Assembly (NCBI GenBank): GCA_903858385.1
Contig: CAIOIN010000030.1
Location: 1-31,040 of the forward strand
Direction of reading: 5' to 3'
Origin: an uncultured Candidatus Micrarchaeota archaeon
GTDB lineage: Archaea > Micrarchaeota > Micrarchaeia > Micrarchaeales > Micrarchaeaceae
Length of the DNA: 31,040 bases
Part shown: piece after piece, positions 9,248-17,443 of the stretch
Position numbering within the stretch: position 1 is the stretch's first letter
Layout of the letters: every line of letters starts with the position of its first letter
Position numbers and translations under genes: made by a program
Notes under the pieces: generated by a model
Databases searched by the model: none
Seen by the model: the letters and a program-made list of their open reading frames with translations, nothing else
What the model was told of the DNA's origin: nothing

Positions 9248-9254
9248 GCAACCA

Positions 9255-9839
9255 CTATTCGATGCCGAAGGTGTACTTGATCTGTTTTATCAGGCCGCCC
9301 CCTTTTGGCTTCTTCATGTCTTCGGCTTCATCCTCATCCTCTTCCTTTTCGGCTTTGGCCTTTGCGCGGGCCGGCCTCTTCAGCACGCTTATGCCCGAAT
9401 TCAGCACGCCGAATGCGCTCTTGCCCATCTCGGCTATGCCCATGCTCTGTTCCGGTTCCTCCTCGTCAGACGGTTCGGGAGTCGAACCGAGCCAGCCGCG
9501 CATTATGTTTGCCGCGCTTGCCTTGCTGAACTCGTCGTCGTCCATGATTATGATGTTCGCCCTTGCCTTCCTGGCTTTCGATGCGTCGGCCTGCGTGCTG
9601 CACACCACAGCCCTGAGCTTGTTGGTCTTGTTCGCCGCTATGTTGGCCTCTAGCGGCTTCGTGGTCAGAAGAAGGGTGAGATCGTAGCCGTAATCCAGGC
9701 CCTCCGCCGCCTGGCCTATGAGGTCGGTGTAGTCGTCGGAGCCATGCTCGGCCATTATGGCGGTGTTGCCTGCGGCGTTTATCGCGTTTGCCATCGCAAT
9801 GCCGTGGGATTCGTTCTCGCTTAGAATGTAGGCCTTCAT
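9255..9839 (-). CDS. RpiB/LacAB-fold protein with degenerate active site and acidic/Lys-rich C-terminal tail
   Basis: IAANKTNKLRAVVCS..DASKARKARANII aligns to RpiB IAANKxxGIRAVVC..HNDxNV, but the catalytic DH and CGTG motifs are absent. ATG at 9839 follows GAGGTG. Confidence 0.7.
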   Translation of the reverse strand: MKAYILSENESHGIAMANAINAAGNTAIMAEHGSDDYTDLIGQAAEGLDYGYDLTLLLTTKPLEANIAANKTNKLRAVVCSTQADASKARKARANIIIMDDDEFSKASAANIMRGWLGSTPEPSDEEEPEQSMGIAEMGKSAFGVLNSGISVLKRPARAKAKAEKEEDEDEAEDMKKPKGGGLIKQIKYTFGIE

Positions 9840-9912
9840 GTCATCCACCTCTGACAACCTTTATTACCGATTTTGTGTATTTATATCTTCTGCAGATTGA
9901 TACCTGCGGAGT

Positions 9913-9974
9913 GCGCGATGCAGTTAGGTTTCCCGTTCTGTCGGTGCATTTCACCGTGTTCGGGAAGGCCGCGC
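9913..9974. other. Nested GC-rich stem-loop in a divergent intergenic region (candidate structured RNA or 5' leader)
   Basis: GCGCG/CGCGC outer stem, GGTTTCCCG/CGGGAAGGCC middle stem, CGGTG-CATTT-CACCG inner hairpin. Confidence 0.4.
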
Positions 9975-10025
9975 TGTTAGTAAAGGATTATTAATCTTCT
10001 CGTGTTGAGAGTATATTGAGGTTTT

Positions 10026-10259
10026 ATGAGAGGAAGAGACGCACTAACCACGTGCGAGTCTTGCGGCAGGAAGGTTCCGAGGAACAAGGCCGTAATAGAC
10101 GAGAGGGCGACCACCTTCAGCACGGACACCCACACACCACAGGATGTGAGGTTCTTTGAGAGGAGGAAGGTCTACTACTGCATAAGCTGCGCAAAGCACA
10201 AGGGCATTTTCGAGAAGCTTAAGAGGAAGGCTATTGAGAGAGCCAACAAGATGGTCTGA
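10026..10259 (+). CDS. rps26e: 30S ribosomal protein S26e
   Basis: CESCGRKVPRNKA...YYCISCAKHKGI zinc-binding pattern typical of eS26. Confidence 0.88.
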   Translation: MRGRDALTTCESCGRKVPRNKAVIDERATTFSTDTHTPQDVRFFERRKVYYCISCAKHKGIFEKLKRKAIERANKMV

Positions 10260-11260
10260 TGGTGGAAGCGGAGGATCTGCTGATCTTCAAGCTCAGAGAG
10301 AAAGGCAAAAATCCGTCCGCAGTCGAAAAACCACAGACCGGTGAAGCAGCGATGGCCGAGCCGAAGGCAGAGGCCGCGCCGCAGCAAAAGCCGCAAGTTT
10401 TTGATACTGCAGCAGCAAGGAAGCCTGCGTTAGAACAGGAGCCTGTGAAAGCCAAGGATTCGGAATTCTCGTTCACCAATTTCTTTGGGGTCAAAAAGAA
10501 GGAAGCAGTCAAGCCGCAGGAAGCACAGGTGCAGCAGACGATTGAGGAACCCGCAAATTACACGGCACAGACGGAGGCAGCTCCGGAAAGATACGAAAAG
10601 ACAACGGGCAGAGAGCTCGAAGAGGCGAAGGGTAAGTTCTGCGCGTGGCATCCGTGGAGGCCGGCGTATGCGATCTGCGACTTCTGCCATAAGCCCTACT
10701 GCTATGAGGATACCGTCGAATTCAGCAGGGGCTACTACTGCCTAGAGGATATTGACAAGATTTCGGAGAACTACGCCCAGGAACTCTATGCCAGCTACAG
10801 CGGCATAGGCTTCATAGCTGCGGGGCTGTTCATGTTCGCGTTCATAGCGTTCGTGTTTTTCGCGAGCGGCCAGCTTGCATACATATTCAACTCGATAATG
10901 TCGATAGGATGGCCGGCATTCGTGGCGAACATTAATTACAGCTACGGCAGTGCCCTGCTCGGCCTGGTGATAACGGTGACGGGCGTGCTCTCCGCAGTGC
11001 TTATAGTCATACAGTCCAACAAGGGTTTCACGGTGGGCCTGGTAGCGGGCCTGGCCGAGACCGTGCTTTTCAGCTACCAGTTCCTGAGCAGCGGATTGCT
11101 GTACATGGCGATGATCAGCGCCATGGGATTGGTCGCGCTCATGCTGTTGGCGTATTCGAAGGTCTCATACGAAGTGCCAGAGCAATTGATCTCCGAAAAG
11201 TCGATATATCACAGTGCAGTCGTGACTGGAGGGGGCACGTCAAACTCGCTCAGCTTCTGA
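10259..11260 (+). CDS. Membrane protein: disordered E/Q/P/K-rich N-terminus, B-box-like zinc finger, about four TM helices
   Basis: CAWHPWRPAYAICDFCHKPYCYED...YYCLED followed by hydrophobic segments. TGATG coupling to rps26e. Confidence 0.65.
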   Translation: MVEAEDLLIFKLREKGKNPSAVEKPQTGEAAMAEPKAEAAPQQKPQVFDTAAARKPALEQEPVKAKDSEFSFTNFFGVKKKEAVKPQEAQVQQTIEEPANYTAQTEAAPERYEKTTGRELEEAKGKFCAWHPWRPAYAICDFCHKPYCYEDTVEFSRGYYCLEDIDKISENYAQELYASYSGIGFIAAGLFMFAFIAFVFFASGQLAYIFNSIMSIGWPAFVANINYSYGSALLGLVITVTGVLSAVLIVIQSNKGFTVGLVAGLAETVLFSYQFLSSGLLYMAMISAMGLVALMLLAYSKVSYEVPEQLISEKSIYHSAVVTGGGTSNSLSF

Positions 11261-11278
11261 TTAGCGAACTGCGGTCGG

Positions 11279-12532
11279 TCATTCCAGCTTGATGACTTCG
11301 CCTATCTTCGGAGAATAAGCTTCAAATCCTTCCAGTTTCAGGTTTTCCGCGAAGTCGGTTGTGTTCTGCTCGTCGCCGTGCATGCATATAACCACGCGCG
11401 GCGATGACAGCTTTACATACTTGTACAGGTCGTCCTTGCCCGCGTGCGCCGATAGGTCGTAGTAGACCGTCGGCGTGTTTATCTTCACCGGGTGCTCGTC
11501 TATGGTCACGACGCCCTTGTCGAGAAGCGTTCTTCCGTTCGTCCCGGCGACCTGGTATCCGGTTATCAGTATCTTCGAATTCTTGTTCAGCTTCGTTATG
11601 TAGCTGAGCACCGGGCCTCCGTTCAGCATCCCGGCAGTCGTCAGGATTATGGACGGCTCGTTCAGCACATCTTTCCTGTGCCTCTTGTCCTTTATCATCA
11701 TGCACTCCTCGACGGCCTTCGACAGTACGCCGTCATGCCTTATGAAATCAGGGTGTTTGAGTATTATCGAAGTCGCGGCTCTTGCCATGCCGTCCACGAA
11801 CGTTGCGGGCGTGAGCCTGTGCCTGTAAAGTATCGAGAGTATCTCCTGGCTCCTGCCCACGGCGAAGACCGGCACCAGTGCAGTTCCGCCGTTGTCGAGA
11901 GTTTCCCTCACATTCTCCACAAAATCCTTTATCAGCTTGTTCCGGTCAGGGTGTTCCCTTGTCGCGTAGGTCGACTCGGTTATGAGCACGTCTGATTTGA
12001 CTACCTCCGCGCCCTTGTGCAGGTACTGCGGCACCATCTTGAAGTCGCCGGTGTAGACAACGCGCCTGTTCTCCTTCGCTTTCGTCCTTTCTATGAGGGT
12101 TATTGCACTGCCGCTCACGTGGCCGGCATCATGCATCTCTATCCCGAAGTTGCCGAGCTCGTTCCTTGAGTGGTAGTCCATGTTTATGTACCTGTTCATG
12201 AAGCTCGAGATCTGGCGCTTGTGGAACCTTGGCTGCAGATGCTCCTTCCTGGCTATCTCCAGAGAGTCGTCGAGGAGGAGCTCTGATAGCTTCAGCGTTG
12301 GTGCGGTGCCGAAGGTTGGCACGAGCTCGTTGTTGTAGATTGTGGGCACTGCGCCGCTGTGATCGAGATGGGCGTGGCTGAGCACTATTCCATCGACACG
12401 CGGGGCAGGGAGCGGGTATTCCTGTTTTATTCCCAGCTTCACGCCATGGTCGAGCATCAGGCTCTTGCCGTCTTGTAATAGGACTGCGGACTTTCCGACC
12501 TCACGCGCTCCGCCCAAAAAGGTTAGTAGCAT
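11279..12532 (-). CDS. Metallo-beta-lactamase beta-CASP ribonuclease (aCPSF-like, no KH domains)
   Basis: FLGGAREVGKS, HAHLDHSG, DAGHVSGSA, VYTGDF, ITESTY, VPVFAVGRSQE, TGYQVAGTNGR, LSAHAG, ICMHGD. Confidence 0.9.
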   Translation of the reverse strand: MLLTFLGGAREVGKSAVLLQDGKSLMLDHGVKLGIKQEYPLPAPRVDGIVLSHAHLDHSGAVPTIYNNELVPTFGTAPTLKLSELLLDDSLEIARKEHLQPRFHKRQISSFMNRYINMDYHSRNELGNFGIEMHDAGHVSGSAITLIERTKAKENRRVVYTGDFKMVPQYLHKGAEVVKSDVLITESTYATREHPDRNKLIKDFVENVRETLDNGGTALVPVFAVGRSQEILSILYRHRLTPATFVDGMARAATSIILKHPDFIRHDGVLSKAVEECMMIKDKRHRKDVLNEPSIILTTAGMLNGGPVLSYITKLNKNSKILITGYQVAGTNGRTLLDKGVVTIDEHPVKINTPTVYYDLSAHAGKDDLYKYVKLSSPRVVICMHGDEQNTTDFAENLKLEGFEAYSPKIGEVIKLE

Positions 12533-12736
12533 CAATAATTACCATTGCATTTGCTAAAATGAACATATTGACTGTCGCTTACGGGTAACGGATTGCCATC
12601 CAAAAACTAAAATACTTTCTATTGCGCGCCTTGCCCGCGCCGTTTGCCCGGTCTTGGATTGACCGTTCGTATCGTGGAGAGCCCCTAAAGCTGATAAAGC
12701 TAATAAATATGTTTGTTTCTTAGTAGTAGTGATTCA

Positions 12737-13495
12737 ATGCCTGACGAGGTAAATTTTGTTGATATTGTTGCTCTGAGCAGGATAACCCCAGACACCTATG
12801 CGGAAAAATTCGGAGGCATGATAAACTCCTCGTTCTTCGACGCTTCGAACATACTGGCAACGCTGAGGCAGAAGGGCCTCGTGGATTTCACCACGTCGTT
12901 CCCGGGACAGAGTGCGGTGACCGTGACCGATCTCGGAAAGAAGCTGCTGAGCGACGCGGCTGCAAGTGCAGCCGTCGAATTCGGGCACCTTGACTATGAG
13001 ATACTGATGCAGCTCTCTAACGGCAAGCGCAGCATACAGGACCTTAGCGGCGGCATAAACATAAGGCCGACCGACCTGGCGATGCACCTCTACAAGCTGG
13101 GGCAGCAGCAGTACATCACTTACGAATTCAGGAATGGCATGGTCACGCTGACGCTTACCGAGAAGGGATTTGTGCAGGCTAAAAGCGGGATGCCGCAGGC
13201 GCAGGAGGAGCAGGCCGCGCAGCCGGCAGATCCACAGCAGCAGGCGCCAGCGATGCCTCCCGGCGTTGCCATGCAGCAGAACCAGCAGCTAGGCGCGGTG
13301 ACCATCAAGCCGACTGCAGGCGCTAAGCAGGCTGCAGCTCCAACAAACGCTCCCGGTCAGACCGTAGACATAAACCAGCTAGAGGCGAACATAAAGAAGG
13401 CGAAGATGAAGAAGCTCTATGTGATGGTCGCGGTTGTTGCGGTGGTGATAATCGCGGTTGCGGCTGCGTTTATGCTGAAGTTGGTCCGGCTTTGA
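12737..13495 (+). CDS. Hypothetical protein: tandem winged-helix-like domains, Q/P/A-rich linker, C-terminal TM anchor
   Basis: Two repeats ending L(R/G)Q.(G/Q)(L/Y)(V/I)...(V/L)T..G, a low-complexity linker and a C-terminal tail LYVMVAVVAVVIIAVAAAFMLKLV. ATG at 12737 after AGTG-N5. Confidence 0.6.
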   Translation: MPDEVNFVDIVALSRITPDTYAEKFGGMINSSFFDASNILATLRQKGLVDFTTSFPGQSAVTVTDLGKKLLSDAAASAAVEFGHLDYEILMQLSNGKRSIQDLSGGINIRPTDLAMHLYKLGQQQYITYEFRNGMVTLTLTEKGFVQAKSGMPQAQEEQAAQPADPQQQAPAMPPGVAMQQNQQLGAVTIKPTAGAKQAAAPTNAPGQTVDINQLEANIKKAKMKKLYVMVAVVAVVIIAVAAAFMLKLVRL

Positions 13496-13520
13496 GCAAA
13501 CGGCAGATATCGGTGCGTGC

Positions 13521-14135
13521 ATGACCTTGTTAGACTACATGGAGGCTTACCAAATCTTGGAAAAGTACGGGATACGCAGCATCGAAAGCAGCTATGTGAA
13601 AAGCGCTGAAGAGGCCGTGGGATTCTCGAAGAGCAGGAGCATAGTGCTCAAGGTTATATCGCAGAATGCGATGCATAAGTCAAAGAGCGGCCTCGTGGCG
13701 CTTGACCTCAATTCTCCAGAAAAGATAAAGAAGACTTACGCGGATCTGGAGAAGAAGGCGCAGGAATTCGCGCCCTTCAAGATACTTGCGCAGGTGATGG
13801 CCAAGAAGGGCATCGAGATAATAATCGGTGGCAACACTGATCCGCAGTTCGGGAAGCTGATACTCATAGGCCTTGGAGGCATATACGTGGAGACCTTCAA
13901 GGATGCAGCCAGCAGGGTCTGCCCGATAAGCAGCTACGATGCAAAGGAGATGCTTCTGCAGCTCAAGTCGCACAGCGTGATCGCTCCGACCCCGGAAGCT
14001 GAAAAGAGGGTGGTCGACCTTCTGCTGAAGGCCTCGAAGATGTTCTTCGAAACGAAAATAAACGAGCTGGACCTCAACCCAGTCATAATAAACGAGAATG
14101 GATACGAGGCCGTTGATATCAGGATGATAGATTAA
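13521..14135 (+). CDS. acdB: ADP-forming acetate/acyl-CoA ligase beta subunit (ATP-grasp)
   Basis: VLKVIS..AMHKSKSGLV (phospho-His), EIIIGGNTDPQFGKLILIGLGGIYVE.FKD, ELDLNPV. Confidence 0.9.
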   Translation: MTLLDYMEAYQILEKYGIRSIESSYVKSAEEAVGFSKSRSIVLKVISQNAMHKSKSGLVALDLNSPEKIKKTYADLEKKAQEFAPFKILAQVMAKKGIEIIIGGNTDPQFGKLILIGLGGIYVETFKDAASRVCPISSYDAKEMLLQLKSHSVIAPTPEAEKRVVDLLLKASKMFFETKINELDLNPVIINENGYEAVDIRMID

Positions 14136-14138
14136 CGC

Positions 14139-15545
14139 ATGATCTTTATGCCCGAAAACAAAAAGTACGCAAATCTCGAAAGCATAATACACCCGAGATC
14201 TGTTGCGGTGATAGGTGCATCGGAAAACCCGGACAAGGTAGGGCACATAATAATGGGCAACTACGTTGACGGAGGCTTTCCGGGAAAGTTGTATCCGGTA
14301 AACATAAACAGCACTGGCACCATCATGGGCATCAAGTCCTACAAGAGCGTCCTTGATGTGAAGGCCGAGGTGGATCTCGCGGTCATAGCCGTGCCTGCTG
14401 CGATAGTGCCGGCGGTGCTGGACGAATGCGGAAGGGCCGGAGTGAAGGGCGTTGTGATCGTGAGCGGAGGCTTCGCCGAAGTCGGGAATGTTGATCTGCA
14501 GAACGAGGTTGAAAAGGTCGCGAAGAGGTACCCGATGCCCGTGATAGGCCCCAATTGCCTGGGCATCATGGATCCGAGGTCTAGGAACAATACGCTGTTT
14601 CTGCCCTCCTTCAAGATAGACAAGCCAAAAATAGGCGGCATAAGTTTCGCGTCTCAGAGCGGCGCAGTCGGAAGTTCCGTATTGGATATGATAAACCATG
14701 AGGGCTTCGGCCTTGCGCGCTTCATCTCCTACGGCAACGCGGTGGTCGTTGATGAAGTCGATATATTGAATTACCTCATGCACGACAAGGAGACGAAGGT
14801 CATAGTCTTCTACATAGAGGGCGTGAAGAGGGGCAAGGAATTCATGGAGGTAGCAAGAGAAGTGACGAAGATAAAACCAGTCGTGATAATAAAGGGAGGC
14901 ATAACCGAAGCGGGAGCGGGAGCGGCGCACTCGCACACTGCTGCCCTGACCGGCAGCTACCAAGCCTATGAAGCGGTGTTCAGGCAGTGCGGATTCTCTA
15001 TCGCAAGCGATTTGAAGGATTTACTGAACTTTGCAAAGATATTCAGCACTCAGCCATTGGCCACTGGCAATAGGATTGCCATAGTCACCAACGGAGGGGG
15101 CACAGGAGTCATTACGACAGACGCTTTGTACAAGAGCGGCCTGAAATTGGCCACTCTTTCGAAGGATTCTGAGACATCGCTGAGGAAGGTGATGCCTTCG
15201 ATAGTGAACATAAGGCTGCCGCTGGACCTTGCGGGTGACGCTGATGACAAGAGGTTCGGCGACGCACTCAACGCAGTCGAGAATGACGATAATGTCGATG
15301 CAATAGTGACCATAGCGCTCTTCCAGACTCCGGGAGCCGATTCGAAGCTTGCTGAAAGCCTGATACATTTCGGCACGCAGATGAAGAAGCCGATGGTCGT
15401 GATAAGCATGGGCGGCAGCTTCACGCAGGCGCACAAAGCGATAATGGAAAGCGCGGGACTGCCGGTTTACGGTTCACCGTCCGAGGCAGCAAGCTCCCTT
15501 GTGGCATTGATAGACTATTCGAAATACAGAGGCAAGATCTTATGA
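14139..15545 (+). CDS. acdA: ADP-forming acetate/acyl-CoA ligase alpha subunit
   Basis: PRSVAVIGAS CoA-binding fold, GPNCLG, ASQSGAVG, ISYGNAV.VDE, AAHSHTAAL (phospho-His), VTNGGGTGV. Confidence 0.92.
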   Translation: MIFMPENKKYANLESIIHPRSVAVIGASENPDKVGHIIMGNYVDGGFPGKLYPVNINSTGTIMGIKSYKSVLDVKAEVDLAVIAVPAAIVPAVLDECGRAGVKGVVIVSGGFAEVGNVDLQNEVEKVAKRYPMPVIGPNCLGIMDPRSRNNTLFLPSFKIDKPKIGGISFASQSGAVGSSVLDMINHEGFGLARFISYGNAVVVDEVDILNYLMHDKETKVIVFYIEGVKRGKEFMEVAREVTKIKPVVIIKGGITEAGAGAAHSHTAALTGSYQAYEAVFRQCGFSIASDLKDLLNFAKIFSTQPLATGNRIAIVTNGGGTGVITTDALYKSGLKLATLSKDSETSLRKVMPSIVNIRLPLDLAGDADDKRFGDALNAVENDDNVDAIVTIALFQTPGADSKLAESLIHFGTQMKKPMVVISMGGSFTQAHKAIMESAGLPVYGSPSEAASSLVALIDYSKYRGKIL

Positions 15546-16861
15546 TAAAGATCACCAAAAGCATAGAGAAAGTGTTGGAGAGGGATGCCAAAGTAATATT
15601 TTCGATGAAGAGGGTGCCGTACCCGTTCGTTGCGGACCACGGCGATGGCGACTACGTCTACGACATCGCGGGAAACAAGTTCATAGACTTCACAAGCTTC
15701 ATTTCCGTTTACAATCTGGGTGAGGACGGGCGCATCGCATCGAGGAAGGCGGCCAAGGCGCAGATCGACAAGATGATGCATGCGGCGTTCACCGATTTCT
15801 ATGCCGAACTGCCGGTGAGATTCGCCGAGAAGCTCGTAACGATGTTCCCGAAGGGCTTCGGCCGCGTCTTCTTCTCAAATTCCGGCACAGAGGCGAACGA
15901 GGCGGCGTTGAAATTCGCGAAGATGTTCACGAAAAGGCAGTATGTGATAGGCTTCTACGGGGCATTCCATGGAAGAAGCTACGGCTCGTTGGGCGTGACC
16001 GCATCAAGCAAGACGCAGCGTGCCCATTTCGGACCGTTCAACTCGGTGATTCATGCGCCTTATCCGTATCCGTACAGGTTCCCTTATGGCGATGCGAACG
16101 AGTGCGCGAGGTTCTGCATCTCTTACCTGAGGGACACGATACTCGAGAGGGATGTGGATCCGGAGGAGGTGGCTGCGATAATGATAGAGCCGATACAGGG
16201 AGAGGGAGGCTACGTGGTGCCGCCCAAGCTGTTCATGAAGGAGCTTAGGAAGCTCGCGAGCGAGCACGGCATACTGCTTATTGCGGATGAAGTGCAGTCG
16301 GGATACATGAGAACAGGGAAGTTCCTGGCACTCGATAACTTTGGCGTTGAGGCAGACATTTATACGATGGCAAAGGCACTAGGAGGAGGACTTCCGTTGG
16401 GTGCAACAATCGCAAGGAGCTCGTTGGGGGACATCCCGAGAGGCTCGCATGGCACGACTTTCGGCGGCAACCTGCCTGAGATAGCTTCTGCGGAGGCTGC
16501 CTTGGATTACGTTAAGAGGAACATGAAGAGCCTGCAGTCGAACGTCAAGAAGAAGGGCAAAATGATCACTGACAGGCTCAATGAGATGAAAGACGATTAT
16601 GAGATTGTCGGAGATGTCAGAGGCATGGGCATGATGATAGGAGTCGAGCTTGTTAAGGACAAGGACAGCAAGATTCCGGCAATCAGGGAGAGCGATGACG
16701 TGCTGGTTGAGGCTTTCAGGAACGGACTGCTACTGCTCCCATGCGGCAAATCAAGCATCAGGATAATCCCGCCGATCACATCAACCGAAGCAGACCTGAC
16801 AAAGGGCCTGGACATGTTCGAAGATGCAATAAAGAAGATCGATGCCCAGAAAAGAAATTGA
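15542..16861 (+). CDS. Class III PLP-dependent aminotransferase (GabT/ArgD/ornithine aminotransferase-like)
   Basis: FFSNSGTEANEAALK, GAFHGRSYG, EPIQGEGGY, IADEVQSGYMRTG, AKALGGG (PLP lysine), HGTTFGGN. ATGA overlap with acdA. Confidence 0.92.
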   Translation: MIKITKSIEKVLERDAKVIFSMKRVPYPFVADHGDGDYVYDIAGNKFIDFTSFISVYNLGEDGRIASRKAAKAQIDKMMHAAFTDFYAELPVRFAEKLVTMFPKGFGRVFFSNSGTEANEAALKFAKMFTKRQYVIGFYGAFHGRSYGSLGVTASSKTQRAHFGPFNSVIHAPYPYPYRFPYGDANECARFCISYLRDTILERDVDPEEVAAIMIEPIQGEGGYVVPPKLFMKELRKLASEHGILLIADEVQSGYMRTGKFLALDNFGVEADIYTMAKALGGGLPLGATIARSSLGDIPRGSHGTTFGGNLPEIASAEAALDYVKRNMKSLQSNVKKKGKMITDRLNEMKDDYEIVGDVRGMGMMIGVELVKDKDSKIPAIRESDDVLVEAFRNGLLLLPCGKSSIRIIPPITSTEADLTKGLDMFEDAIKKIDAQKRN

Positions 16862-16863
16862 GA

Positions 16864-17439
16864 TCATCCTTTTTTTGACTTTGAGGCGAGCATCTCGCTT
16901 CCTGCGCCTTCCAACTGTATTCTTGCGACATCCTGCTTCCTCCTGAAGCCGTTGAGTATCGCCTCTGCGAACCGTAGGCTCCTCGTGCTGTCGTATATGA
17001 GCCTCATCTTGCTGAAATAGAACTCTGCTTTTTTGACATTGTCGTTACGCAATTCTTCGAGTATCTCCCTTTTGAGCTCACCCATCACATCCATCAGGCC
17101 CAACAGGTAGGCTTCTGCTTCCACACCCACTTCCTTGATGGATGGCACCGTCTCCTTCGTCTTTATCCCGTAGAATATCGTGGCTTCCGCGTATTCCTGG
17201 TACGCCTGCCTCGAATAATACTCGAATTTCGTGTCTGACTTGTTCAGCTTCTTTACACCAGTGTATGCCGCTCTTATCATCTTGGCAGCGCCCTTCGCGT
17301 CGTTGTTGTGCAGCATTGTTATCGCGCTAGCGGAATCGCGTATGATTCCCCTGCTCACGTCCGTCACGCTGTCGAATTCCTTCTGCTTCGCAGTGAGGTA
17401 CTTAGACGTCTCCCTTATCTCGCTTTGTATTTTTTCCAT
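16864..17439 (-). CDS. Translin/TRAX family (archaeal C3PO-like) nuclease
   Basis: SRGIIRDS, QEYAEA and YLLGLMDVMGELKR carry the acidic catalytic residues of TRAX. RRKQDVAR near the C-terminus. Start placed at ATG 17439, 4 nt after the stop of the restored ogg frame. Confidence 0.85.
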   Translation of the reverse strand: MEKIQSEIRETSKYLTAKQKEFDSVTDVSRGIIRDSASAITMLHNNDAKGAAKMIRAAYTGVKKLNKSDTKFEYYSRQAYQEYAEATIFYGIKTKETVPSIKEVGVEAEAYLLGLMDVMGELKREILEELRNDNVKKAEFYFSKMRLIYDSTRSLRFAEAILNGFRRKQDVARIQLEGAGSEMLASKSKKG

Positions 17440-17443
17440 GATA

